Assembly: GCA_016183305.1 (NCBI GenBank)
Contig: JACPEW010000006.1
Span: 2,317-66,316, forward strand
Length of the DNA stretch: 64,000 bases
DNA from: Candidatus Daviesbacteria bacterium
GTDB lineage: Bacteria; Patescibacteriota; Microgenomatia; Daviesbacterales; UBA10151
Reading direction: 5' to 3'
Within the stretch, counting starts at the first letter, position 1. Each line of letters begins with the position of its first letter. The notes beneath the pieces were generated by a model, which saw nothing but the letters and a program-made list of their open reading frames with translations, had not been told where the DNA came from and did no database searches. Positions 30,411 to 40,148 of the stretch are shown here, piece by piece. A program made the position numbers and the translations under genes.

Positions 30411-31982
30411 TTAATCCAACTTTTCCCTTTGGGTTCTGAGGAATGAAAACCATTGTTCAAAGAAGGCAAAGATTCCTTTAAATGGAGTCTCAATTATAAA
30501 GTCAAAAACAAACAAAAGAATATTTATTTGGGAGATAGCTAAAGTTAACCTTCTTCCTACTTGAATAAAAGGCATAAAGAAAAAGTCAAAAGCAAGTGAG
30601 CCAAAATTATCTTTTTTCTTTTTGATAATATACATATTAGCTGTCCTGTTAATCCTGTAACTGACAAAAGATACTATTGCCAGGAAAAAGACAAATACTC
30701 CTTGGGAGAAAGGATTTACATGAAGCTTAGTCAAGATAAAAACTATTGATCCCAGACTAACAGCAAATGTAAACAGCCAAAGTACTACAAACATTCCCCA
30801 AAGCATTGGATCAGTTTTTTTAGGTTTTTTCCTGACTACCAAAGGCTCACTTAACTGGGGATCCCCGTCATATAAAATAGTATTTATTTTCTTTAGGATT
30901 TTTAAGGAATTTTCCCTGGTTGGAGTTTTTATTAAAAATCCTACCCCAATCATCAAAGTTGGAGGAGTAAAGATATTAATTAAGATAGATGACCAAATTG
31001 TCCTGCCATAAAAAAATCTTTCAAAAGCTCCTTCTATAAATAAAGCGAATAAGGCTTTTGTTACAAATATAAAAATCACACTTCTGACAATTGCTCTTCT
31101 GACTTTGCTTGAGATATTTTTATAGCGGGCGCTACAATCTGCAATCACTTCTGAATTTAATAAATCTTCATCAGCCACCAGTGAAGAAGTCTTACCACGG
31201 TATTTTCTTAAAACATCATCCAAAATCAGAAAAGGAATGCTTTGCTTTTTAATGTAGGTATAAATCCTGTCTTTTGCTGGATACTTAAATTGGGTTTCTA
31301 TTTGTTTAATAGCCTCAGGAAAATGGTTAGCAACCCGTTCTAAATTATGTTCATTTAAACCTTCAAAATATTGTTTAAATAAGTGGTAGCGCAAAAAAGC
31401 TAAATCATCATTAGCATATGCTCTTCTTACAGCAATAAAAACTTGGACATCCCGGATTTGCTCATCATCATCAGAAATAGCAACTCTGTCTCTGAAAATC
31501 CTAAACATAAAATTGCTCATAATATCTTTAGGATCATTAGGCTTTAAAATATGTTCTATCTCAGAAGATAAAAGATGTAAAACCCACTCATTAACCAAAC
31601 CTTTATTAATCCTGTGTTTAACATTTACTTTTTCTTCTAACTTTAAATACAAGTCTGTTTGTTCTGCTACTTTGGTAATTTGAGACTCAGGAATTGTGGA
31701 ATCAGGAAAATAACGGGCCCAAATCAACTCCCTTATTAAAGGAGCAGCGATTGATTGACCATCCCCACCCAGCATCAGTCTTCTTTTTAAAATCCTTTCA
31801 ATTGTGGAACGCAGGATTACCTCATCTTCCCTATAATCCATTGCTGTCCTAAACTTTTCATACCAGGTAGCCAGTTCTGCCACCAAAGGATTAACAGAAA
31901 TAGTTTTATCATGGTTGGGAATAGCTGCCCTGTCATATGCTGTTACCAAGGCTGTGGATAATTTATTTAATGTTTTAGCCAT
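30411..31982 (-). CDS. conserved hypothetical membrane protein
   Basis: About 523 aa; soluble N-terminus plus several C-terminal TM segments. Confidence 0.75.
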   Translation of the reverse strand: MAKTLNKLSTALVTAYDRAAIPNHDKTISVNPLVAELATWYEKFRTAMDYREDEVILRSTIERILKRRLMLGGDGQSIAAPLIRELIWARYFPDSTIPESQITKVAEQTDLYLKLEEKVNVKHRINKGLVNEWVLHLLSSEIEHILKPNDPKDIMSNFMFRIFRDRVAISDDDEQIRDVQVFIAVRRAYANDDLAFLRYHLFKQYFEGLNEHNLERVANHFPEAIKQIETQFKYPAKDRIYTYIKKQSIPFLILDDVLRKYRGKTSSLVADEDLLNSEVIADCSARYKNISSKVRRAIVRSVIFIFVTKALFALFIEGAFERFFYGRTIWSSILINIFTPPTLMIGVGFLIKTPTRENSLKILKKINTILYDGDPQLSEPLVVRKKPKKTDPMLWGMFVVLWLFTFAVSLGSIVFILTKLHVNPFSQGVFVFFLAIVSFVSYRINRTANMYIIKKKKDNFGSLAFDFFFMPFIQVGRRLTLAISQINILLFVFDFIIETPFKGIFAFFEQWFSFLRTQREKLD

Positions 31983-32015
31983 TTGATGTACTATGATAAT
32001 ATTAACACAGTCCAT

Positions 32016-32042
32016 TGTCATCCCAGACTTGATCTGGAATCT
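32016..32042. repeat. TGTCA repeat upstream of tyrS
   Basis: Reverse complement of 6650-6676 with one mismatch. Confidence 0.85.
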
Positions 32043-32060
32043 GTGCAAAGTAATTTATTT

Positions 32061-33182
32061 ATGACTACTGATGAGAAAATAAAGCTAATTACCAGAAATC
32101 TGGAGGAAGTTTTAACCGAAGAAGAGTTAAAGGCCTTAATAGAATCAGGTACCCCTTTAAAACACTACATTGGTTTTGAAATCTCTGGAAAACTGCATAT
32201 TGGTTCTTTATTTACTTTGATGAAAGTAAAAGACTTACAAGATGCTGGGGCAGAAACAGTTATTTGGATGGCAGACCTTCACTCAGCAATTAATGATAAA
32301 TTGGATGGAAATTTAGAAACTATTAAGAAAGTAGCAGATGAATATTTTAAAGAGGCAATGAAAGCTTTGTTTACTTGTATTGGCGGAGATCCAGAAAAAC
32401 TTATTTTTAAATTAACCTCTCAAACTTATGCTCAAAATCCAGACTTTTGGCTAACACTTTTAGAAATTGGCAAAACAACCACACTAGCTCGCACTAAAAG
32501 ATCTATTACCATTATGGGTAGGGAAGGCTCTGATGATAGCATGCCGACTGATAAACTCTTTTATCCTATTATGCAAGCAGCAGATATTTTTCTTTTAGGA
32601 GCCAACATTGCTCATGCTGGAATTGATCAAAGAAAAGTACATGTAATAGCCAAAGACGCTGCCATGCAAGTTAAAACCTTTCCTTTAAAAGATACCCAAG
32701 GGAATAAAATCAAGCCAGTAGCTATTCATCACCCTATCTTGCTCAGCCTTAGTGGACCAGTAAGCGCTGGAGGAGAGGCTGATGAAGCAGCAATGAAAAA
32801 TAAAATGAGTAAATCTAAACCAGGCAGCGGGATAACAATTCATGATACTCCTGAACAAATCAAAGTAAATATTAATCAGGCCTATGCTCCTGAAGGAGTT
32901 ATAGAAGGGAATCCTGTTTTAAATTGGACAAGATATTTAATTTTTTATGGCAATAATTCCAGCTTAACTGTCACCAGGGATCCAAAATGGGGAGGGGATT
33001 TAACTTATACCTCATATGAGGATTTAGAAAAGGATTATGTAGAAAGAAAACTCCATCCTCAGGACCTAAAAATGGCAGTAGCAGAGTGGCTAATTGCTAA
33101 GCTAAAACCAGCAAGAATTTATTTTGAAGACCCTAAAGGAAAAGCAGCTTTAGCAGAAATAGAAAGGCTAACCAAAAAGTAA
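32061..33182 (+). CDS. tyrS: tyrosine--tRNA ligase, archaeal/eukaryal type
   Basis: YIGFEISGKLHIG, YPIMQAAD, GIDQRKVH, KMSKS, LHPQDLK; no S4 domain. Confidence 0.93.
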   Translation: MTTDEKIKLITRNLEEVLTEEELKALIESGTPLKHYIGFEISGKLHIGSLFTLMKVKDLQDAGAETVIWMADLHSAINDKLDGNLETIKKVADEYFKEAMKALFTCIGGDPEKLIFKLTSQTYAQNPDFWLTLLEIGKTTTLARTKRSITIMGREGSDDSMPTDKLFYPIMQAADIFLLGANIAHAGIDQRKVHVIAKDAAMQVKTFPLKDTQGNKIKPVAIHHPILLSLSGPVSAGGEADEAAMKNKMSKSKPGSGITIHDTPEQIKVNINQAYAPEGVIEGNPVLNWTRYLIFYGNNSSLTVTRDPKWGGDLTYTSYEDLEKDYVERKLHPQDLKMAVAEWLIAKLKPARIYFEDPKGKAALAEIERLTKK

Positions 33183-33290
33183 TTTACAATTTTCAGCTTT
33201 CAATTTAGAATGAATTTTCAATGATTCAATGTTTGAAAATTGTTAAATTGAGATTTGATTGAAAATTGAGAATTGGTACTTGAAAATTGT
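33181..33290. repeat. degenerate heptamer inverted array
   Basis: TTTCAAT-like units followed by ATTGAAA-like units. Confidence 0.7.
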
Positions 33291-33293
33291 CTT

Positions 33294-33398
33294 ATGATGT
33301 ATTCACAGAAATTCAGAATCTTTTGGATAATTTTATCTATAATTGCTGGTCTGGCAATTATTCTTTTTTCCCTGCTACCCCTTCTCATCAGTTTTTAA
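33294..33398 (+). CDS. 34-aa single-TM peptide
   Basis: MMYSQKFRIFWIILSIIAGLAIILFSLLPLLISF*. Confidence 0.45.
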   Translation: MMYSQKFRIFWIILSIIAGLAIILFSLLPLLISF

Positions 33399-33668
33399 TT
33401 CAGATGATTCGTTTTTAGGTTTTCCCCTATATCCAACCCTGCCACCAAAAACGGGGTAAAATCCCCTATTAAAATCCCAAACTTCAATTATATCCGCAAC
33501 ATACCCTGCTTCTCTCATAAGCCTCATCTCAGTACTCAACCGATGCAACCCTTCAGCCAATCTCTGAAGAGTAACCGGAAGATATACTACAGCTACCAAC
33601 CACTCCCTAAAAGTAGGCGGTTGTATTGGCAACCTTTCTGAAGTTGGATGTTCTGTTCTTCGTTCCAT
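33375..33668 (-). CDS. hypothetical protein
   Basis: 97-aa ORF divergent from recG. Confidence 0.5.
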   Translation of the reverse strand: MERRTEHPTSERLPIQPPTFREWLVAVVYLPVTLQRLAEGLHRLSTEMRLMREAGYVADIIEVWDFNRGFYPVFGGRVGYRGKPKNESSELKTDEKG

Positions 33669-33704
33669 GTGTTGTATTTTAGCACAAATTGGTATAATTG
33701 CCTT

Positions 33705-35798
33705 ATGAATTTAAAAACTCCTTTATCCAGTTTAACTGGAATTGGCCTAGGGCTTAATTTTAAGCTTAAAAGGTTGAACTTAATTACCATTGAGGATTTA
33801 GTCTATTATTTTCCTTTCAGGTATGAAGATTTTTCTAATAATACCTCTGCTTTAGAAGCTAAAATAGGGGAGTCTGTTACCCTGCAGGGTGAAATTTGGT
33901 CTATTCAAAACATTTATACCAGGTCCAGGAAAATTATTACTAAAGCTATTTTTAATGATGGCACCTCACCTATAGAGCTAACCTGGTTTAACTCATCCTG
34001 GCTAACAAAACAAATTAAAACAGGGGACAGACTGCAAATCTCAGGAAAGATCAGTAAATATAAAAACAAGCTTTCCATCATAGCCCCGCGATGGGAAAGG
34101 CTTGACAGCGAAAAACAGCTTCCCACATCGGAAGTGGGAACGCAGATTCATACAGGCAGATTGGTACCTGTTTATCCTGAAACAGAAGGTTTATCTTCTA
34201 AATGGCTAAGAACTAAAATTTCCCAAACCTTACCTCATATTTTAAATCAAATAGAAGATTCCTTACCTGATGATATTAGAAAAGCAATGTTGCCTTTAAC
34301 AGAGGCTATACAGCAAGTCCATTTTCCCAAAAACTGGCAAGAGGCAGAAAAAGCCAGGGAAAGGTTAGGCTTTGATGAGCTGTTTTTTATCTCCTTAGCT
34401 ACTCAAAAAGCCAGGTTAAATTGGCAACAGAAACCTTTGGTTAAACCCTTAAAAATAAATTCTACAAAATTAAACCAGTTTATAAACAAGCTGCCCTTTA
34501 AATTAACTGCTGCCCAAGAAAAAGTCTTACAAGATGTAATAGCTGATTTAAAGAAAAACCAGCCAATGAACAGGTTAATCCAAGGTGAAGTAGGATCTGG
34601 AAAAACAGTAGTGGCTGCAATTATTGCTTACCTAACTTATCTTAATGGCTTAAAAACACTATTCATGGCTCCGACTGAAATCCTAGCTTTCCAACATTTT
34701 GAGACTCTTAAGAAATTCCTTGAACCATTTGGAATTACAATGGGGATATATACAGGGAGCAAAAAGGATTTAGTGACTAGTGACAAGAGTCAAGAATCAA
34801 GAAAGAAACCCCCTCACTTGACTCTAGCGGCTAGCGGCCACCCCGATACTATAATTGGCACTCATGCCTTACTTTCACCCAAATTAAACCTGGAAGATAC
34901 CGGGCTAATTATAGTAGATGAGCAACAACGCTTTGGAGTGGGACAAAGAACTGTACTTAGATCCAAAGCCAGAGTCCCACACTTTTTAACCATGACTGCT
35001 ACCCCTATCCCTAGGACTATTGCCTTGACCATTTATGGAGATTTAGATATGTCTGTAATCGATGAGTTGCCAAGAGGACGCCGGATGGTCAAAACCTATG
35101 TGGTGCCAGAAAAGAAAAGAGCTGATTCATATAAATTTATTGCCAAAAAAGTAAAAGAGGGCGGTCAAGCCTATATCATCACTCCTTTAATAGAACCCTC
35201 AGAAACTTTAGCCACTGTTAAAGCAGTTAAGGTAGAGTTTGAGAACTTAAAAAAGGTTTTCCCTGATTTAAAACTAGGCTTGCTTCATGGCAGGATGAAA
35301 GGAGCAGAAAAAGCTCAAGCAATCAAAAGCTTCCGTTTGGGACAAACAGATATTTTAGTTTCTACTTCTGTAGTTGAAGTTGGAATGGATAATCCCAATG
35401 CCACAATTATAGTTATTGAAGGAGCAGAAAGGTTTGGCTTGGCCCAGCTTCATCAACTAAGAGGCAGGGTAGGAAGAGGCTATAAAGAGTCTTTCTGTTT
35501 GCTTTATACCTCTAATTCTTCAATTGATGAGGGCAGAAGACTAAAGTATCTAGAAACTACTTTTGATGGTTTAAGATTGGCAGAGCTGGATTTAAAAATC
35601 AGAGGTTCAGGACAAATCTTTGGTACTGCCCAGTCAGGCAGGTTTGAGCTTAAAATAGCTTCTTTTTCTAACCTAAGCTTACTAGAAAAAACCAAAGATG
35701 CTGCTTTTAAACTACTCTCTTCAGATCCAGGTCTTGACAAATACCCTGTAATCAAGGCAAAATTACAGGATATCGCATCAGAAGTGATGCCTGATTAA
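33705..35798 (+). CDS. recG: ATP-dependent DNA helicase RecG
   Basis: QGEVGSGKT, DEQQRFG, TATPIPRT, QLHQLRGRVGRG. Confidence 0.97.
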   Translation: MNLKTPLSSLTGIGLGLNFKLKRLNLITIEDLVYYFPFRYEDFSNNTSALEAKIGESVTLQGEIWSIQNIYTRSRKIITKAIFNDGTSPIELTWFNSSWLTKQIKTGDRLQISGKISKYKNKLSIIAPRWERLDSEKQLPTSEVGTQIHTGRLVPVYPETEGLSSKWLRTKISQTLPHILNQIEDSLPDDIRKAMLPLTEAIQQVHFPKNWQEAEKARERLGFDELFFISLATQKARLNWQQKPLVKPLKINSTKLNQFINKLPFKLTAAQEKVLQDVIADLKKNQPMNRLIQGEVGSGKTVVAAIIAYLTYLNGLKTLFMAPTEILAFQHFETLKKFLEPFGITMGIYTGSKKDLVTSDKSQESRKKPPHLTLAASGHPDTIIGTHALLSPKLNLEDTGLIIVDEQQRFGVGQRTVLRSKARVPHFLTMTATPIPRTIALTIYGDLDMSVIDELPRGRRMVKTYVVPEKKRADSYKFIAKKVKEGGQAYIITPLIEPSETLATVKAVKVEFENLKKVFPDLKLGLLHGRMKGAEKAQAIKSFRLGQTDILVSTSVVEVGMDNPNATIIVIEGAERFGLAQLHQLRGRVGRGYKESFCLLYTSNSSIDEGRRLKYLETTFDGLRLAELDLKIRGSGQIFGTAQSGRFELKIASFSNLSLLEKTKDAAFKLLSSDPGLDKYPVIKAKLQDIASEVMPD
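34116..34145. repeat. REP in-frame in recG
   Basis: CAGCTTCCCACATCGGAAGTGGGAACGCAG, encodes QLPTSEVGTQ. Confidence 0.85.
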
Positions 35799-35861
35799 TC
35801 GGACCGGAGATCAAAATAATTATAATGGATAAAGAATTATTTTGATCGAGGGAGACCGCTT
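35798..35861. repeat. conserved-flank hairpin element, copy 2
   Basis: ATCGGACCGGA-GATCAAAATAATT..AATTATTTTGATC-GAGGGAGACCGCTT. Confidence 0.7.
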
Positions 35862-35918
35862 ACAAAAAGGATCTAAATGATCATTTTTGACAAGGGCAGA
35901 CGAAACCAAGAAGAAGCT

Positions 35919-36113
35919 ATGGCAGGAGAACCAAAGAGAAGACATTCTAAAGCGCGCAAGCGGACCAGAAGAGCTGCTATTAACTTAGCAGTGAATTTAG
36001 TATCTTGCAGGAACTGCGGCAAATTAACTTTGCCTCACACAGTTTGTAGGGAGTGTGGTTTTTATGCAGGAGAAACTGTTACAAAAGAGAAAGTCAAAGT
36101 AACAAAAGCTTAA
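35919..36113 (+). CDS. rpmF: 50S ribosomal protein L32
   Basis: PKRRHSKARKRTRR, CxxC..PHTVCxxCGFY. Confidence 0.95.
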   Translation: MAGEPKRRHSKARKRTRRAAINLAVNLVSCRNCGKLTLPHTVCRECGFYAGETVTKEKVKVTKA

Positions 36114-36127
36114 TTCTGAGTCCTCTC

Positions 36128-36493
36128 ATGAAAACAGCAAAAGACCCAAGACACCTCAAAAGAATCAAACTCATGCAAGCTCTATTTTCCTGGCAATTTA
36201 GATCTGGTAAAAAACCAACTAAAAAGTTAGAACCAATAACTTCTAATTTATCAGAGATTGATAAATTAATTGGCAAGTGCGCTCCGGACAGGCCAATTAC
36301 TGAAATTAACAAGGTTGATTTATCTATCTTGCGTTTAGCAGTTTTTGAGTTAATAATAGATAAAGGGGCACCACCAAAAGTGGTAATTGATGAGGCTGTA
36401 GAATTGGGTAAGGAATATGGTTCTGATTCCAGCTCTAGTTTTATTAATGGAGTATTAGGTAAATTAGTAGAAATCAAAAAGATAAAAACTTAA
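36128..36493 (+). CDS. nusB: transcription antitermination factor NusB
   Basis: DLSILRLA, VVIDEAVELGKEYG, FINGVL. Confidence 0.93.
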   Translation: MKTAKDPRHLKRIKLMQALFSWQFRSGKKPTKKLEPITSNLSEIDKLIGKCAPDRPITEINKVDLSILRLAVFELIIDKGAPPKVVIDEAVELGKEYGSDSSSSFINGVLGKLVEIKKIKT

Positions 36494-36496
36494 ATT

Positions 36497-36736
36497 ATGA
36501 CTGATACAGATGTTAAAGTTGTACAAATTATTGCAGAATATTTAGGTCTTTCTCCTGAAGATATAGACAGGCATGCTCTTTTAAGGGAAGAGCTTAATCT
36601 GGGTCCAATCGAGCTGCATGATTTGCTGACAGAATTATCACAAAAGTTTAATGTTACTTTTGATGATGTGGATATGGAGGATTTAAAAAAAGTTGATGAT
36701 TTAATTGTTTTGATTGAGGATAATTTATTAGACTGA
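36497..36736 (+). CDS. acyl carrier protein-like protein lacking the DSL serine
   Basis: Acidic 79-aa protein with ACP pattern; LNLGPIE instead of LGADSLD. Confidence 0.75.
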   Translation: MTDTDVKVVQIIAEYLGLSPEDIDRHALLREELNLGPIELHDLLTELSQKFNVTFDDVDMEDLKKVDDLIVLIEDNLLD

Positions 36737-37431
36737 TGGAAGAAAAAAAATTTACTAATCTCCTTAAACTTCTAGATTTAGAATTTAAAAATTCACAACT
36801 TCTCCAACAAGCTTTTTTACACCGGTCTTATTTAAATGAAGTAAAGGTTAATTTGCTTTCTAATGAACGCTTGGAATTTCTAGGAGATTCTGTTTTATCC
36901 CTTGCAGTGTCTTCTTATCTATACTGTTTAAGGATTCAAGACACTGAAGGAGAATTAACAAACTTAAGAGCTTATATAGTCAAAACCAAATCCTTAGCAG
37001 AAGCTGCAAAAAGATTAGATTTAGGTAGTTATTTAAGTTTATCTAAAGGAGAAGAACTTTCCGGCGGTAGGGATAACCCACAACTTCTTGCAAATACTTA
37101 CGAAGCATTGTTGGGAGCAATTTTTTTGGACCAAGGCATAGAAGCAGTCAAAAAAGTGATTGATAAAACTTTGCTGTCATTTTTTACCAGTGAGGTTAAA
37201 TCAGGTCCGCCAAAAGATGCCAAATCAAACTTACAAGAAATAGTCCAACAAAAGTTCAAACAATCACCAAACTATAGAATCTTACAAACCAAAGGACCAG
37301 ACCATGCCAAGCAGTTCACTGTTGCTGTCTATATTGGAGGCAAGGAAATAGGCAGAGGCGCAGGCAACAGTAAACAAGTTGCAGAAGAGCAAGCAGCAAA
37401 TCTAGCTTTATCCCGGTTAGACCGGGATTGA
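36736..37431 (+). CDS. rnc: ribonuclease III
   Basis: NERLEFLGDSVL plus a dsRBD. Confidence 0.97.
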   Translation: MEEKKFTNLLKLLDLEFKNSQLLQQAFLHRSYLNEVKVNLLSNERLEFLGDSVLSLAVSSYLYCLRIQDTEGELTNLRAYIVKTKSLAEAAKRLDLGSYLSLSKGEELSGGRDNPQLLANTYEALLGAIFLDQGIEAVKKVIDKTLLSFFTSEVKSGPPKDAKSNLQEIVQQKFKQSPNYRILQTKGPDHAKQFTVAVYIGGKEIGRGAGNSKQVAEEQAANLALSRLDRD

Positions 37432-37463
37432 CTTAAATTCTTCTTACAGATATACTTAACCAC

Positions 37464-37832
37464 ATGTTAAAAATCCGTTTAATGAGAATCGGAACAAACA
37501 AACAACCATTCTACCGGGTGGTAGTGGTTAACGGGCGTTCAAAAAGAACTGGTGCTTATGTGGAATTATTAGGCACATATAATCCTTTAACAGAACCAAA
37601 AGATATAAAACTTAAACAAGACAGGATTGATCATTGGATAAAACAAGGAGCACAACCTTCTACTGGATATTTAAGGATGCTTGGCAAAGCTCCACAAAGA
37701 CCACCAAGAAAGCCTAAGAAAGAAAAGAAAGAGTCTTCAGCCGCCAGTCCTCAGTCATCAGACAGTCAAGTTAAAGAATTAACTGAAATACCTGCCGGAG
37801 AAACTAAAGAGGAGAATAAGTCTGAAAGCTAA
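37464..37832 (+). CDS. rpsP: 30S ribosomal protein S16
   Basis: MLKIRLMR..PFYRVVV..LGTYNP..GAQPS. Confidence 0.96.
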   Translation: MLKIRLMRIGTNKQPFYRVVVVNGRSKRTGAYVELLGTYNPLTEPKDIKLKQDRIDHWIKQGAQPSTGYLRMLGKAPQRPPRKPKKEKKESSAASPQSSDSQVKELTEIPAGETKEENKSES

Positions 37833-37846
37833 TGGCTGAAAGCTAT

Positions 37847-38116
37847 ATGAAGGATCTGCTTAATTTCATTATCACCAGTTTAGTATCCAAACCAGGAGCT
37901 GTCTTAATCGAAGAACAACAAGCAGAGGGAACAATCAACCTTAACTTAACAGTTGATCCCTCAGATATGGGCCTTATTATTGGTAAAGGCGGTCAAACTA
38001 TCAGAGCTATCCGGAAGTTATTAACAGTCAGGGCAATTGCTGAAAATGTTAGGGTGAATTTGCAGTTAACTGAACCCCAAGGGGTAACAAGTACAGAAGT
38101 AACAAGTGACAAGTAA
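37847..38116 (+). CDS. khpA: KH-domain RNA-binding protein
   Basis: DMGLIIGKGGQTIRAIR; follows rpsP. Confidence 0.88.
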   Translation: MKDLLNFIITSLVSKPGAVLIEEQQAEGTINLNLTVDPSDMGLIIGKGGQTIRAIRKLLTVRAIAENVRVNLQLTEPQGVTSTEVTSDK

Positions 38117-38152
38117 TACTTATTATCTTTACTGTACTAGTTACTTGTTACT

Positions 38153-38905
38153 ATGAGGATCTCTATCATCACTTTATTTCCAGAAGTTTTTGAACCAATT
38201 TTAAATTCTTCTATTCTTAAAAGGGCTCAAAACAAAGGTTTGGTAGAATTTGAGCTTATTAATCTGCGCCCATTTGGTGAAGGCAAACACCAAGTTGTGG
38301 ATGATAGGCCATATGGCGGGGGAGCAGGCATGGTACTTAAGGCTAACGTGTTGGCTAAAGCATTAAAATCGGTCTACCGTTTTCCGGCTACCGGCTACCG
38401 CAAAAGCAGAAGACAGAAGACTATAGACAGAAGTCAAATTGTCCTCACTTCAGCCTCAGGAGCTCAATATAAACAATCCAAAGCTAGAGAATTTTCTAAT
38501 TCCGGTCATCTAATCATAGTCTGCGGGCATTATGAAGGGATAGATCAGAGATTTATTGATAAATATGTGGATGAAGAAATTTCTATAGGGGACTATGTCT
38601 TAACCGGAGGAGAGATTCCTGCCATGGTGATTGTTGATTCTATCACCAGGCTTATCCCAGGTGTCCTGGAAAAACCGGAAGCAGTTGAAGAAGAATCCTT
38701 TTCTATAACCTATAACCTACAACCTACAACCTTACTAGAATACCCGCATTACACCAGACCTGAAGAATTTGAAGGAGAAAAAGTCCCAGAAATTTTACTT
38801 TCTGGCAACCATGCCCAAATCAAAAAATGGCAGACCCAAAAGTCTCTTGAAAAAACCAAAAAAATCAGGCCTGATTTATTAAAAAGTCTTACTCAAAAGG
38901 GTTAG
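38153..38905 (+). CDS. trmD: tRNA (guanine-N1)-methyltransferase
   Basis: VDDRPYGGGAGM, CGHYEGID, SIGDYVLTGGE. Confidence 0.97.
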   Translation: MRISIITLFPEVFEPILNSSILKRAQNKGLVEFELINLRPFGEGKHQVVDDRPYGGGAGMVLKANVLAKALKSVYRFPATGYRKSRRQKTIDRSQIVLTSASGAQYKQSKAREFSNSGHLIIVCGHYEGIDQRFIDKYVDEEISIGDYVLTGGEIPAMVIVDSITRLIPGVLEKPEAVEEESFSITYNLQPTTLLEYPHYTRPEEFEGEKVPEILLSGNHAQIKKWQTQKSLEKTKKIRPDLLKSLTQKG

Positions 38906-39602
38906 ATTTACCTCTTGGGGAAACAGGTTGTTCAACTGGTTGTACAGTGGAAGAACCCCGTTCTGCCTCAACTGTACTTGCTAAAGAGGCTAGTAATCCT
39001 TCTTCTTGTTGAGTCAACTGAGACAAAGGAGCATCTACAGTCCCAAAGCTTTGAGGTACAGAGGAATACAAAGCATCCAGTGTAAGCGAGGCGTCTATAG
39101 TTTGAAAAGCCTGATTTGTTGAAACATCAATGCTGCTTACCCTAATTAAACGGAGCGAGTTGTCTAGGTTATTTAGTAAAGTCTGGAATAAAACCTTAAC
39201 ACCCTTAACTTGCAACTTCACTGAGTAGCTATTAGTTTCTGCCAGCTTACTTCCACTCTCTCCTAAAGAAATTGACACTACACTAAATCCAGATTGAGCT
39301 GTCAGTTGTTGCAATAATCCTAGAATATTTCCAAAATCTTTTTCCTGGGGAAAAACACTTAAGGTATTTTCTACCTGTTGGGACAAATCATTATTACTGT
39401 AGTCTTCCAAAATAGAAGCTTTTGTTTCTAAAAACTTAGACTTATTTAAAAGATCACTGGCTACTTTTTGATTATCTAATAATTTGGTTGTTTGCGGTAT
39501 TATGGCAAAAACTATTAAAAATAGGCTTGATAAAGCAACAACAGCTGGAAAGATAAAAAGTTTATATGCTTGATAAAATTTAAGTAATTCTTCTTTTTTC
39601 AT
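38889..39602 (-). CDS. pilO: type IV pilus PilO-like protein
   Basis: N-terminal TM; position after pilM-pilN. Confidence 0.7.
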   Translation of the reverse strand: MKKEELLKFYQAYKLFIFPAVVALSSLFLIVFAIIPQTTKLLDNQKVASDLLNKSKFLETKASILEDYSNNDLSQQVENTLSVFPQEKDFGNILGLLQQLTAQSGFSVVSISLGESGSKLAETNSYSVKLQVKGVKVLFQTLLNNLDNSLRLIRVSSIDVSTNQAFQTIDASLTLDALYSSVPQSFGTVDAPLSQLTQQEEGLLASLASTVEAERGSSTVQPVEQPVSPRGKSNPFE

Positions 39603-40144
39603 GGGCTGACTTTAAAACTTACCCTATATAAACCATCTCTGCCCCGATTAAGGCTGTCTACAGAAACTTGACTAATTTTGCCGTCATTATTTTCTTTTAT
39701 AGTCAGGTTGTTAATTAACTCATCTAGGCTAGCGCTATCAGGAGTTAAGGCTAAAAATACTACCCGGCCTGTTTTATCTACAGTTATAGCATTTATTACA
39801 ACAGAAGAAGGTGTTAATTTCTCAATTAACTGATACATCAAAGACTGCTTAGATAACACTCCAAAATATCCGTTAATAATCTTTAATCTATCTTTTAGCA
39901 AAATTAGAGATGCTTGGGTATTTTTAAAACCCGAAACTTGCTGTTCCGCTTGAGCTACTTTAGCAGAAACTTCAGTAATATTACGGCTCTGTAATATCCT
40001 CAAAACAGTAGTTAAAGAGGCCAAAAAAACCATAATCAAAATAATTACTATTCCTGCTGCTTGTATTTTATAAAATTTAGTTCTTTTAATTTCTGCCTGG
40101 ATAATCTCCGAAGGCAATAAATTAATCCTTAAACTGCTAGCCAT
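39599..40144 (-). CDS. pilN: type IV pilus PilN-like protein
   Basis: INLLP motif plus TM. Confidence 0.8.
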   Translation of the reverse strand: MASSLRINLLPSEIIQAEIKRTKFYKIQAAGIVIILIMVFLASLTTVLRILQSRNITEVSAKVAQAEQQVSGFKNTQASLILLKDRLKIINGYFGVLSKQSLMYQLIEKLTPSSVVINAITVDKTGRVVFLALTPDSASLDELINNLTIKENNDGKISQVSVDSLNRGRDGLYRVSFKVSP

Positions 40145-40148
40145 AAAT

